Source of the DNA: Monocercomonoides exilis PA203
Taxonomy: Eukaryota > Protista > Preaxostyla
Reading direction: 5' to 3'
Length of the DNA: 64,000 nucleotides
Assembly (NCBI GenBank): GCA_001643675.2
Contig: LSRY02000036.1
Span: 744,001-808,000, forward strand
Shown: in pieces, positions 25,647-38,361 of the stretch
Layout of the letters: each line of letters begins with the position of its first letter
Numbering within the stretch: the stretch's first letter is position 1
Made by a program: the position numbers and the translations under genes
Notes under the pieces: model-generated
Database searches by the model: none
What the model was told of the DNA's origin: nothing
The model's input: only the letters and a program-made list of their open reading frames with translations

Positions 25647-26279
25647 TCAAAGATAGAGAATGCCTTCTGTCACCAGAGATCCTTTTTGTTCTTGAAAAGA
25701 CACATTCGCAGCTTGATTCGCTGCATTGAGATGAAACAAATGAAAAAAAGATGTTTGAAAGAATTGTTTGAATAAATTCTTTCTTCGTGATCTCTGCGTC
25801 GAACTTTTGTGTGTCGTCTTCTTATACGAAGCTTGGTGCTTCATTCAAAAAATCCGGAAACAGTTTGAAACATAAATCCCTGATCTCTTTTGATTGATTT
25901 GATTATACTGTTACAACGTATCTTTCAAAACCTTGTCTAATTCGTGTAGCCCAGTAAAATCATATGGAACATACCACTTGATAACAAACTTCTTTCTCTT
26001 TTCTGGTTCCAGTTGTGAAGTCAAATTGATCTTCTGGTTTTAAAACAGCACCTCCACATTATCTACGCCAAATTCTATTTCATCAGTTCCGTCTTCCATT
26101 GCATCTTCAGTTAAGTCACGAGAATTATTTTGGAAATATGTGATGCGAGAATATGTCAAACATGACGAAGAAAAACTATCAAAAGAAGAAGAGCAGGAGG
26201 AACTTGTTGAAGGAAACGAAAAAGACTCATGCATGCTTTCATCTTTTTTCTTTTCACTTTATTTTGTTGATCCGGTCAT
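25647..26279 (-). pseudogene. Probable decayed gene of unknown family
   Basis: One frame reads as protein-like from ATG 26279 but is interrupted by several in-frame stops. Confidence 0.3.
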
Positions 26280-26982
26280 TTGAAGATACACTTTAAAGTG
26301 TGTTCATGCTATTCAAAGTGAATAAATCAATCAAAAAACGATGCATTTAATATGTTTATCCATAAAGGCATTCTGAAATTCACTCAAAATATATTAACAT
26401 ACAATTATGTTGGGTGTTGACACAAAAATTTGACAAAGTCAAAAAAAGATCGACCAGACTGTGACTTAGGCAATTTCCAAAAAATTGATCCGGTCAAAAC
26501 CCATTAACGTGTTCTTTATTTCTTTAAAAAAGTTTCGATTATTTTTTGTTCGATTTAAATTTTTCATTTTCCTTTTATTTTATTAAGTGTGTGAACGATA
26601 AACTGTTAAACTTTTGAATAATTTTGATTCGATATAAATGCTTTTTGACTTCAAGCATTTTTAAAGTCAGTCAAAAGAAGATTTCCTTAAGACAAAAGTC
26701 TTAAGTCACCCAGGCTTATTTTGAATTATTTTGTTATAGGATAAAATGTGAATAAAAGATTTTTTTGTGGAAGAAATAAACATAATTGTTTTTATTTTTG
26801 AAATTTATTCCATTTGCTTTTAGAAATAAAAAAATGATGTTAATTTGTGTCGACAAAATGATGATTATTTATTTTCAGTTGACGATGCATATTTTTGTTT
26901 TTATATTATTCACATTGATTCATATGAAAATTACATTGTTGTCCCCATAATTACAGAATTTATTTATGAAAGAAGTGATTTA

Positions 26983-27837
26983 ATGGATACACACAATGTT
27001 GAATTGTCCAAAAATATTGATGTAAATTCATTGTATGATATTTTATTATATTCAAATCTAAAATAGTCTTTTTTGCTTAATTCAACAATTATTTAATATT
27101 TACACTTTAAAAGGGAAAATTGTTCCATTAAAGACAAACAATCTATTTCAAAAACAATTTCTTCTTTTGAAGGAAAGTGTTATTCTTCAAGTGAACCTGT
27201 ATCTAATTGCAAACTTGGATTTTATCGAAACAAACCAGAACATTTAACACTGCAAAATAAAAGAATAGAATTTGAAATATCCATTGCTCAAGCACCAGAC
27301 GCTTTTATAGAAGTTGTTTCACAACAAATTTGCATATTATTTGCTGTTATTCTTCCAAAGCTCATCTACACCAAGAGACATTTTAGTTCAGGAAAAGAAA
27401 AAATTATTATTGAACTTTCTGAAGAAGGGCTCAAAACATATGATAAAGTTCAACACTTTTATAAATTTATAAGAGATGAAACAAAATTGACAACAGTCGA
27501 ATTAGTTCATACATTCGTTCTTATGGAGCATCTTATGAGAATTGAATCAAAAGAGCAAAGTGAAGGAAGGCCAACAATGATTGCAGAATCGAATCTTGGA
27601 ACATTATTATTGTGCGTTGTAATGATTGCTATTAAACTGAATCGGGATATCCCCTTTCGTAATGGATGGTGGGCAACAATGTTAAAAGTACCTTTGGATG
27701 TTTTAAATCAATCGGAATTAATATTTTTGGAAAGGGTAAAATTTTGTACGCACATGGAAGAAAGTGAGTACGTATATTTGCTTAATAAATTTACGTCTGT
27801 GTTCCAAATTCAACATTGTGAATTAAAGTTGAAATAA
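26983..27837 (+). CDS. PHO80/cyclin U-P-like cyclin; exons 26983-27032 and 27114-27837
   Basis: Cyclin box LTTVELVHTFVLMEHL..ESNLGTLLLCVVMIAIKLNRDIPFRNGWWATMLKVPLDVLNQSELIFLERVKF. The frame is open from 27114, and a GTATGA..AG intron gives an in-frame start. Confidence 0.78.
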
Positions 27838-28554
27838 ATTTTCTTTGAATTAAGATTTTTAGTTTTATATTTCTTTCTAGTTTTATTACAAATGAAATTA
27901 TTTACCTAATTTTTTTGGATTTATTTTTTCAAATTGGATTATGAAATTATATTAATTTTTGAGAGTTCATGTGAGATCATCATGATGACTTCAGGTGCTT
28001 TGTTTTTTTTCTTTCATTTTTGGTAATATGTAATGATTTTTTGTTTGGTTTTTGAATTTGCTTTTTAAAATACTTATTGCTTTGTTGAGATTGATATTCA
28101 ATTGTGAATTATCCGTTTGCTTTTCATTTTTTTACTCATTGGAAGAGTCCAGCACCAAGCTGCATGATCTTTTAATGAGTAAATATTTAACACGAGTTTT
28201 TACCAAAAATTTCCTTTTCTTTTCATTGAATAAAGTTATAAAAACCTCAAAGTTGCATAAACAATTAAAGTTATTAAAGATTTCATTTTTTAGAGATGCG
28301 CTTTATTCACAAAATAGTTGTTGAGCAGAGAGATTCTTTAAAACTGTACTTCACAAAATACACTTATATTTTCGAAAAAGAATGAATTTATTATTAACCA
28401 ATATTAATAATAATCTTTCAAAAATTGAAAGATTATATAAATGATAATAAATATACACAAAAAAAAAAAAAAACAAAAAAGTTTTATTTCTTGTTGAAGG
28501 AAGAAAAAATATTTCAAGCTTTAAATATTTAAGAAAAAGTTTTGTTTTTCACAA

Positions 28555-28627
28555 GGGGAATTAGATCAATTGGTAGATCGCGCGCTTTGCATGCGTGAGG
28601 CACCGGGATCGAAACCCGGATTCTCCA
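28555..28627 (+). tRNA. tRNA-Ala (anticodon UGC)
   Basis: Cloverleaf with acceptor stem GGGGAAT/ATTCTCC (G3:U70), D arm GATC/GATC, anticodon arm CGCGC-TTTGCAT-GCGTG and T arm CCGGG-ATCGAAA-CCCGG. A downstream T5 fits a Pol III terminator. Confidence 0.95.
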
Positions 28628-28943
28628 TATTTTTGTTGTAATTTTGACTTTATAAAATAAGAACTATTATTTGTGATTTTTTTTGTTTATATATCCATTT
28701 AATTTTATTCTCCCAAAAAACCTCAAATATTTATGACTTATTTTATTATGAATTACATCGAAGATTGCGAATGAGATGAAAAAAGTAAAACAATCAAGCA
28801 AACACTCTCATAAAATTATTAAGCTCAATAAAGAATATAAATGTTTGCAAGTCAAAAAACACAATTATTAATAAATTGAATCAAAGAAGTGAAGCAGGGT
28901 GTATTGGGAAGAAAAAGAAAGTTGTTTAGGATAACAACCATTT

Positions 28944-30429
28944 TTATGAGGATGTGCTTAAGAGAGAATGATGTTCTGCACGTTCGCATTTTTTATTAGT
29001 AGACCCTGGAGGTGGCAAGCGGAAGTGGAAATATTGACCATCGGCAAAGGCAACCTTTTGATAAAATTGAATAATAAAAAATGATTCAAAAGTGAATACA
29101 AAAAAATTAAAAATATATTATAATTATGTTTAAAAGAAATATTGCACCTGAATGGTTTGATTATCGGGCTTGAACGAGGAAATATGCTTTGTTTCAGTGA
29201 TTCCTTCTTGATCAAGGCGAATGAACGCACATGATTTCTCACTCTTTTTCTCTCCTTGAATTGCAAATATGTGAATGGTCTTGGAACTTGATGAAACAAC
29301 AAGCATCGTTCCATCATCGCTAAAGGCAAGGGAGTGGATGTGGGCTTGTCTACCCACACTTGACCTTTTCAATTCCATAACCATTGCTTTTGATTCAGTA
29401 TCCCACACGCGAATTATTGTTCCCTTTGCGGATGCAGTTGCAAGCCATTGCCCATCTTTACGGAAAGCCAACGCAACCACTGGATGGTCATGAGCTTCCA
29501 AGATCTGATAGCTTCCATAAGTTTCTGCGTCCGTTGTTGAAGCACCCGAAGAGGTTGGAGTTGGCGTTCGAGCAGATCCTGGCTCATTCAATCTTGCCAA
29601 ACACACATTTCCACGAGCTGGATCACATGGATATGCGAGTATCGGCTTTTGTGGACAGAGAGCAACAATGGGTGGGTTGGACAATGCTTCAGGAGGAACA
29701 GGGGTAGTTTGGTCTTAAAAAAAAATATCATTTATAATAAACGCAGTTATTAAAAACAATATTATTCATTATTCAACAAACAAATCAATACATGAAAACA
29801 TTTTCATAAAAGATGTACATACTAAAGTACATGTCTAATGTGCAAACGGGCTCAATCTTTTCAAGTGTGTAAATAATAATTGATTGCTTCAAAACAACAA
29901 CCAAGCTGTTAAATGACATGGAATATGAAGCAAAAGTTTAGTGTTATCTTTTGACAAAAATTATCATCAAAATCAAACTATTGTTGATTCAATTTGACAG
30001 ATTGAATATCTTCATTAAAACGAAGTAGACAAATAACTTGATCAATTTTGGTGTTGTAAAGGTAAAGCACTCTCGGGGTGAAATTTTCAACACTTGAATT
30101 ACAAACAACAGCCAATAATGATGTGGAAAAGAACATTTCGCAAAGGTGAATTGGATGATCAGAAACTTACAAATGTTACAGGAAATTAAAATATGAAAAT
30201 ATGCTTAATTAAAAACACACATCCTCGTGTGCACTGATCAAATGGATCGGTTCTCCAAAGAGTATATCCAGCTTTTGTCCCAACTAGTAAACATCTGTCG
30301 TTACAAAAATTGTGACCAAGCCATTGTAAGCAATTCATCAATCATAATTTAATCGAAATCCATGACATACGTGTTGGTCTGATTAAAGCTTAGAAAAGTT
30401 ATATCTTTTGTGCGTTCCCTTATTTGCAT
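28944..30429 (-). CDS. ATG18: PROPPIN WD40 protein, ATG18/WIPI family (six exons)
   Basis: ITFLSFNQTNT|CLLVGTKAGY, CEMFFSTSLLAVV, and EAHDHPVVALAFRKDGQWLATASAKGTIIRVW..SLAFS..SSSSKTIHIF. Five GT-AG introns keep the frame. Confidence 0.88.
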
Positions 30430-30670
30430 TAGTCAAGTCTTTCACAAAAATATGAAAGTTACGATCCAATACAGACCATAAAGTAAGGGTACTTACCTTT
30501 ATTTGATTTTCAATTATTGATTCCATAAATAATTGCGAAAATCATCTCTCTCTATCATAACTTTTTCGTATTGAATTATAAAGAGTTATTTGAATAATAT
30601 GAAATTCGGCAACCCATGATAATAATTATTATATTTTATTTTATTGTGTAGCAGCCTTTAAAAGAGTGGA

Positions 30671-33600
30671 ATGAGATGTTGCGTTATAAAATATTTTTTA
30701 GTATTATATTTGCATAATGCAATTAACATGGCATTGCTTGTTAATCAACCTTTCACTTCACACACTTCATCTTGTTCCGATGGTGCTACCACGTCTCTTT
30801 TTACGAAATTTCAAAACACATTATCATTAACTTGTTCACCTACTGTTTTTTATTTCGATAAGCATCAAATCCGTTTGCAAAACACTTCATTGAAATTACA
30901 GAACATAAACATTTTATCTGAATCATTTCACCATCTTCTTAGTGTTGATTGGAGTTCACTTCTTTGTTTGAGCGACATTAGTTTTTCTATGCAAACAACT
31001 TTACATTGCCATTTGATAACTTATTCTGGAGAGGTTGATGCATTCAATCTTTCCCTTTCTTTTCCACATTCTTTATCTTCATTATCTTCTTCTATTTTCC
31101 ATTCTGCCCATCAAAACTCAGGGTTCAAGATAACTTTGACAACTCTTTTTTCTTTAAAATTTTGTGAAGATGCTTATTCTTCCCTTTTTTGTATTGGAAG
31201 AGGAAAATATCAATTAATCGATAAATGCTTGTTTTGCAACATATCTCAAATAAAGAAAAATTTTCATCAACATCCACAAGATTACAATTCTTTTAATATG
31301 TTATTTTGCTCTCGTTCTAAGTTTGTTTCAGTTAGGGGATTCTTACACGGGCTGTATGATGCTAATAACACACCAAAATCTTTTTTTTCGACAAATTCTT
31401 CTTTTTTGAAATGCCAACAAGAAAATTCATTTAATACAGAATATAAGACCCAACAGTATTTAGTTGAAACATCAACATTTGAAGACGACGAATTTTCTCT
31501 TTGTTATGCATCTGAAAAGAGTCAAAGTGTGAGTGGAGGAGGGATTGCTTTCTGTGGAAATTCGTCTTCTGATCTTACCATCCAAAGATGCACATTTACA
31601 CAGTGTACAGCAACTGGGTGGGGTGGTGGTGTTTTTGTGAAATGTTGTGGTGAAGTAATTATTAATTCGACTTACTTTTTCAGTTGTAATTCACAAAAGT
31701 GCGAAGGAGGAGGATTGTTCTGCAAAGGTGCGACAGACAAATTAACAGTGGAAGACTGCACATTTGGAGTCTGCTCTGGGTACAGAGCGGGAGGCGGCTG
31801 CGCAATAATTTTTGATGAAAAACAAGAAATAGATTCTTTAATCGTTCTTGTAACAGGAACCCGCTTTAGGGATTCTATTTCGAAAAAACTTGATTCACAA
31901 TTCGAAGAGAATTCATTTGAATCGCATGCAAACACTTTGACAACCAAAATGCTCTCATCTTCCTTTCACAGCACTTCATCTGCTTCTCTCATCCCTTCTG
32001 TTTCACCGAGTGATTATCATTCTATCAACGAGTTCACACCATGCGATGGAGAAGGCTCAGGCTTGTTTATTCAATTCGATGTTTCGCATTCGTTGCTGTA
32101 TTCAATCAAAGAATGCATCTTTCTTGGCTGTTCAGCGTCCGCACATGGTGCCGCTTCGCTTTTTATTCCCGACAAGATTGAATTGTCCGTATTGGGATTC
32201 TGCGTATTTACTGGGAACGAGCGTGGAGATGGGATTGCATCCGATGTTGCGTTTCATGCACCTTCTGATGATGTTGTTTGCCCCATCACTTATTGCTTCA
32301 CTTTGTCGAAGAAAGATAATGTTGCGCTGTGTCTGCCGGCAGACGCCTCGTACTCCTTCAGCAGGGAAGCCTGTGAGCTGAAGGACGAGTGGCTGCCGGT
32401 GGGAAGCCTGACGCGGGCAGTCAATGCAGAAATCGGGTCGGACAAGAACTTCTTGTGCGGTATGAACGGCAACCGCCCCTGCGCCTCGCTGTCGTATGTG
32501 CTGAGCTCTGTGGTGGATGGCTCGCTGCATTGGATAGCCACAATCGGAGCCAGCTCTTATTTGAACGAAGGTGTTGACGGAATCATTTATGACATCATGA
32601 TCGATGTGCTTGGAGAAGATAAGCGGTCGACAATCTTTGATATAAGAGACATGAAGAACTGTGGAGATGAGGCGGTGTACGAACTGGTTAATTCAACTGT
32701 TTCTTTGTCTTCGGTGTCTGTCCTGATGCGTCCTGAAAAGGCGATCGAGTTTGTTATGGCTGATGGGTGTCAGATTGCAATCGAGTACTGTCTGTTCAAT
32801 GCAGGCAGCACTCAGAAGATGTACCCGCTCCACACACAGTTCTTCATTTTTGTGGACTCAAAGTTTTCGTTCTCCTATTGCGAAATAAACTACATCAGGA
32901 TGGCAGCTATGCCTTTCCTTTCAATTGTGGAAGAGGTTTGGATATGATGCATTTTCTTTGATTTCATTTTCCATTTAATGATTTCTTTCCTTTAATTTGT
33001 GTTTATTAAATTTTATTTGCTATTCTGACAATACAAATGTATTTTTAACGTTGATTTTTGATGAATTCTTATTATTTGATTTTCTTATCTTTTATTTTTA
33101 ACCTTTTAATTTTGTTGTGTTTCTGTTTGCATATTTCAGGTTGGGTCTTCACATGAATTTTCTTTTTTCAATTGCAACATGACAAATTGCTCAGCAAGAA
33201 ACTCAAATTCTCCCTTGCTATTATATAAAGTGACACAAACACCAGCACCTACACACAGAAGGAGACAATCACAAATGCAGAAGAGCAGCTCTTTCATTCG
33301 GGAATCCTTTTCTGATCTGTCTGTGCTGGTGATCAACTCCAGCAGCTTCAGCGACATCACCAACGACATCCACGAGAAGGGGGGTCTGCTAAACACGATG
33401 ATCTCGCGGACGCACGAAGTCTTTGTGAGCAGCAGCACTTTCACGTCGTGTGTGGCATCGATGCAGTCAGCCAAAGGCGGAGTTGCATACTTTGACTGCT
33501 CAAATGGAACAGGAGTGAACAACTGGAAGCTGTCCAATGTAGTGTTCAGAAACAATGCAGCAGCCTTTGGCAGAGATTTGTTTTTGATTGTGCCAAACAT

Positions 33601-36600
33601 GATGACGCTGAATAGTATGACCATCACTTACAATTCAACACCGAAGGATTACGTCATTGCCAATTCAGTCATGTGCAAGGACGAAATCTTTTCTGTGCCG
33701 ATGGATCTGCTGTTCCTCTTCATGACATGGTCTGGCACATACTTCCACGTCTCGTCGGGACCTACAGCTATAGACTGGATCAACTGCGGTGAAATTGAAG
33801 TGCCTTGCGAGACTATCGGATATCTACTGAAGCGGAGAGCGATGGTGGATGTCACATTCAATATCACCCCGCTGCACCCGTACTATCAGAACGAACCAAT
33901 TGCGCTCAACAGACTGATTCTGAGCGGAAGATTCCAGAACTCATACGGAGACAGCATTCAGTTCACAGGAGCTGAGTTGCAACCTGATTACTGCTCAGCA
34001 AATAGAGAAGACAGAAACGGAAAGGAAAGCTTTTCATTAAGCACCGAGGAAAAGACAACACACAACAAGAATGATTCAGATAGCACTATAACAATGAACG
34101 ATACGAATAACAGTTTTGACGTTACAGACGATAGAAGAAGCAGAGGAAAAGGAACTAGTCAAAGAAATAGCAACAGTTTCAATGGAGCTGAATGGATGGT
34201 GCATGCCAATAGAGAGCTTACAATACAGAGTGTCAAGATAATCTATGGTGATCTGCCAGACACCATTGCCGTTCTGTTCAGCACGGAAAATGCAGCTGCT
34301 ACGTTCAGCAACATTACAGTCAAGGGCGCAGAGAATACACGCCAGGATGCAGGTCTTGTGGTCGTATATGGCGGGTCACTAGCACTCACAACAGCCATCT
34401 TCAGCAATCTCGAAGTGAGGTGGCACAGTCTGATCCAAGTTGTGGACTCAACCGTGTATTTGAGCATGTGCAGGTTCGATCAAGTGTCGCTTGATAAAGC
34501 ATCGTGCATCAGCATCTCAAACACAGCCGAAGAGATTATATCAGCACATTTCAATCAGAGCTCAAATTCTGCTGCGAACAGCCTGGCAAAGCAAAGTGCG
34601 CTCATGTTCGACAGCAACGTGACTGAATCTACTCTCTCAGACTCATTCTTTAGGATCGGCTCAGGAATCAAGCAGACCGTCTATCTCTTTGTCAGAGGCT
34701 CCAAATTCAACATCCAGTCAAATTTAGACAAGCCTGCGTTTCTGCTCACTGGGAGTCCAAGCAAACCTCCATTAAGTGGCAATTCATCTTCTGTTCACTC
34801 TTCTACAGAAGAAGTTCCGACTTTGAACTTTATCTCCAAAGACAACTCGTTCCAGGGGTGCAATGCTCCTTCTTCACTGACAGGAGGCGTCTTCTGCCAC
34901 ACTCTGCTGAACAATGAAGACAGCATGTTCGCGCTGGACAACACCTTCTTCAGCAGCTGCAGTGCGGCAGAGACTGTTGGCTATGGCGGCTGCGTTTATC
35001 TCAAATGCGCAGAGAATGCCTCAACGTTTACCTTTTCAAACATTTTCTTCCATCCATCGCGTGAGTGTGTTGGAAAGCTGCTCTTCATTGCAGCATATGG
35101 ACTTGGGGTTGTTGCGAATCCGATGAGATTTCGCTTTGGATGGTATGAAGAGATGTTTGATACGAACTCTATGTGCGGCATTGATATGGCGCAGGCTGGA
35201 GAACAAGGAGCCAGCTCGAAGGAGAGTGCAATTGTGAACCTGCTTGATATCTTTGCGATGCTGTCGTGCTCAGACAATGTGTATGTGTCGATGAAAGAGA
35301 AGAATGCAGTGGACAATTCAAAGTGCGGGATGAAAGTTTCAACGCCCTGCAAGACACTTGCAGAGGGTGCAAGGCATGCGATTAATGATGGATATCTGAA
35401 ACTTCTGGATGACAACAGCATTGGCAGCGAGATTGATATCACCAACGTCAAATTGCAGGCATTTGGCACAGAGACAGAGTTCGCGACGATTGCTGTTGAA
35501 AGGCTCGACCATTCATTTAAGCCAGGAGTGATCGTGAATACGGGAAACTCAAGCATTTATGGTATCTCATTTTTGTTCACACAGGATTCGAAGGTGCCTC
35601 ATCGTTCATTGATTTATTCTGAAGGAATAGTGTTGCAAATCCTGTCGAGCCAGTTCACTTCGAATGGAGGCCCCTTCGATCCATTCACGTTTTCGTTGAT
35701 TACTTGTGAGTTTGGCGGGTTTGACTTTTTGGATTTGTTGGTCTGCAATCTGTCTTTCCAGGCGAATGTGATGACGCTGTCTGAAGACAACACAATGTCA
35801 ATACGATCAACACGGTTTGAAAACATTACCATAACGGCAGGCACAGTACTTGTCATCAGCGATAAATATTCACTGCCGCATCCTTCGAATCATTGCTTGG
35901 CAATTGTTGATGGCTGTTTTTCAAACATCTACAAAACATTGGTGGGTACAACATGTTTTCTGTATTTAGTTGAAACAGGGACTGCTGAGCTGTCTAATGT
36001 GAAGTTCATCAATTGCTCAGCATCTAACAATTCATTCTACGGGAGTATTGCATACATTGAAGCATTCAATGCTGTTTTAAACACATGTTTGTTTTCTGGT
36101 GCAGTCTCATTGTCACATGAAAATGATAACATGCGAAAAGGAACAGAAACAAATCCTTTTAACGATCAAATTTCACCAACCTTGCATAAAGTGAAAGAGA
36201 AAGACGCTGCTCTTGATATCGAAATGTGTTCGTGGTCAGGCGCTGGATTGACAATAGTGGCAACAATAGGCACGCTCTACTCGTGCGAGTTCTGCTTCCT
36301 TTCTGACGGTGCCCTTCTGGTTGGAGGAGGGCGAGTGCTGATGGACGGCAACTACTTCCACGACAACGGAAATCCCAAATCGAGATTTCCTGGCATACAC
36401 CACAACATCATCTGCTTTGCTCGCACAAGCGTGCGCATGGAGAATATGGAGAAAGGCGATGGATCTCTTCTGTCTCCGTCGCTGTGGATGATCGAAGGAG
36501 ACTGCAACGTCACTGCACCTACAGGCTCTCCAGCTTCTGAGTCGCTCTTTTTCATCCCAAAGCTTTCATCTGCAAAGTATTCTGTCATTGACAACGAGAT

Positions 36601-37117
36601 CAATATAACTTTTGATGGAATGCAGCTGTTTCCGTGCTGCATAGGATATCGCATCTTCAGCCCTTCTTCCCCCGAGCCGTTCATCGGCAACTTCTCAGAC
36701 GCGAGTGGCGGGCGCCTGTTTGCAAAGATTTCAAAGGACGTGCTGCAAATTGTGCCGTCGATGAATGTCTCAATCGATTATGCTGGGCGTGCAGGACGTG
36801 AAGGACTTCTTTCGACGTACCCAATTGAGCTGATTGAAGAAGTGATTAAGAAGCCAGAAGGGAAAAACAAGATCCTCATCATTGCATATGCTCTATGTGG
36901 AACAGCATTTTCGGTTACGGTGGCGTCAATCGTCGTCATCTTCTGCTTTATCCGAAGAAGAAAACAAGAAGTATTATCATCACACGAGACGGCAAGCTCC
37001 ATCAACTATGGCTCGTTCTACATTCGTGACTCTTATGTGATGGAGCGTATCAGCACCATTTCTGCTGTTGCTATACCAGCTGATGTGCAACCTCCAAACT
37101 TTGAGGAAGACGACTGA
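30671..37117 (+). CDS. Large Cys-rich beta-helix-type single-pass membrane protein; exons 30671-32935 and 33140-37117 (~2080 aa)
   Basis: A phase-0 GTTTGG..CAG intron joins the 758 aa and 1312 aa ORFs. It has GGG(I/V/L) repeats, CG...PC.(T/S) motifs, HNIIC / FFIPKL / GMQLFPC motifs, a C-terminal TM helix followed by RRRK, and an acidic tail. Confidence 0.85.
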
Positions 37118-37550
37118 ACAATTTCACTTCATTTTGATGTCAAATGAATTATATAGCGTTTTTATGTTGTAAATTATGTACCATTTATTTATGTTTTATA
37201 ATAATTCTCAGAAGTTTTGTTTTTGTTAATGTTTTTCTTTCACTTTTGTGTTTTGTGGAGTTTTGGAGCTATTTTTTGATTTTATACATGTAAAGTTATG
37301 TATGTCTGTGTTTACAAATTACATCAGATTCTTATGCTGATAATGTTTATTTCTCGTTTTGTTTGTGAGGTCATGCTTCAAATTTCACTTTATTGTTCCT
37401 TTTTTCATTGGAAAAATAATGAAAATTGAAACTGCAACAAAATTTTATTGAAACAAATCAGGAAAAAAGAAAAGAAAAGAAAACAATACAAAAGAAAAGT
37501 TAAATGCTGTGAAAATCGAATTTGGCTTTCTTCAATTTACGATGCCATCG

Positions 37551-37574
37551 CACACACACACACACACACACACA
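37551..37574 (+). repeat. (CA)12 microsatellite
   Basis: Read directly from the sequence. Confidence 0.9.
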
Positions 37575-37870
37575 CCAGATTTAAATACTTGATGGCAAAT
37601 GCAAAGCATATCAAAGAGATGATAAAATAAAAGAAATAAAAGACGCCCGAGCTGTTAAAAGCTCAATCAATTAATAATTACAAATCGCTTTGCAAATATT
37701 ACTTTGGTCTGAAATATACACAATAACAAATGGAAAAGAGTGCATAAATGAAAGCTTATCAGAGCAATTAACAGATAAAGGAATATCCTTTCTCATAAAG
37801 TCATCAAAGACAAGAGCATTGAAAAAAAGCAACAAACAGACATTTTTAGGCAAAAAAGATATAAAAAAAT

Positions 37871-37930
37871 GAAAGAGAAAGAGAAAGAGAAAGAGAAAGA
37901 GAAAGAGAAAGAGAAAGAGAAAGAGAAAGA
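37871..37930 (+). repeat. (GAAAGA)10 tandem repeat
   Basis: Read directly from the sequence. Confidence 0.9.
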
Positions 37931-38361
37931 GACAAAAAGAGAAAGAGAGAAAGAGGGAAAGAGAGAAAGAGAGAGATATAAAAACAAGAGAATTGTTGCT
38001 GGAGAAAAGGAATTAGCTTGCTAATTTTTAAAGAAATATCCTGATAACAAAGCATAAACAAAATTATTGATTGCCATAAGCAACACAAATATATGTAAGA
38101 CCTCATATCATCAGGTGAATAATTCCAATAGTCGAGCTATTGCAGAATGTCCAAAGCAATAAAGTCAAAAAGAAAAAGAACAGAAAAAAATAATAAAGAA
38201 AAAAGAAAAGTTGAGACTAGCAAATCCAATTTGAATGAATTTTCACAAAAACAAAATGAAAAAAAGATGTGAAAAATTAAGATTCAATGAAGTGAACAAT
38301 AATACTTAAACCAATCAACTTCATCTTCTTCTCATAACATTCAACTCAATCCAAACTCGCA

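Noticed and set aside
25647-26279. In-frame TAA stops suggesting a TAR=Gln genetic code, as in some oxymonads
   Set aside because: ORFs over 2000 aa contain no TAA/TAG, several genes end in TAA, and this frame also contains a TGA. Pseudogene decay explains it better.
26412-26711. Possible MITE with TGGGTG...CACCCA ends
   Set aside because: Only ~6-8 bp of inverted match and no convincing TSD.
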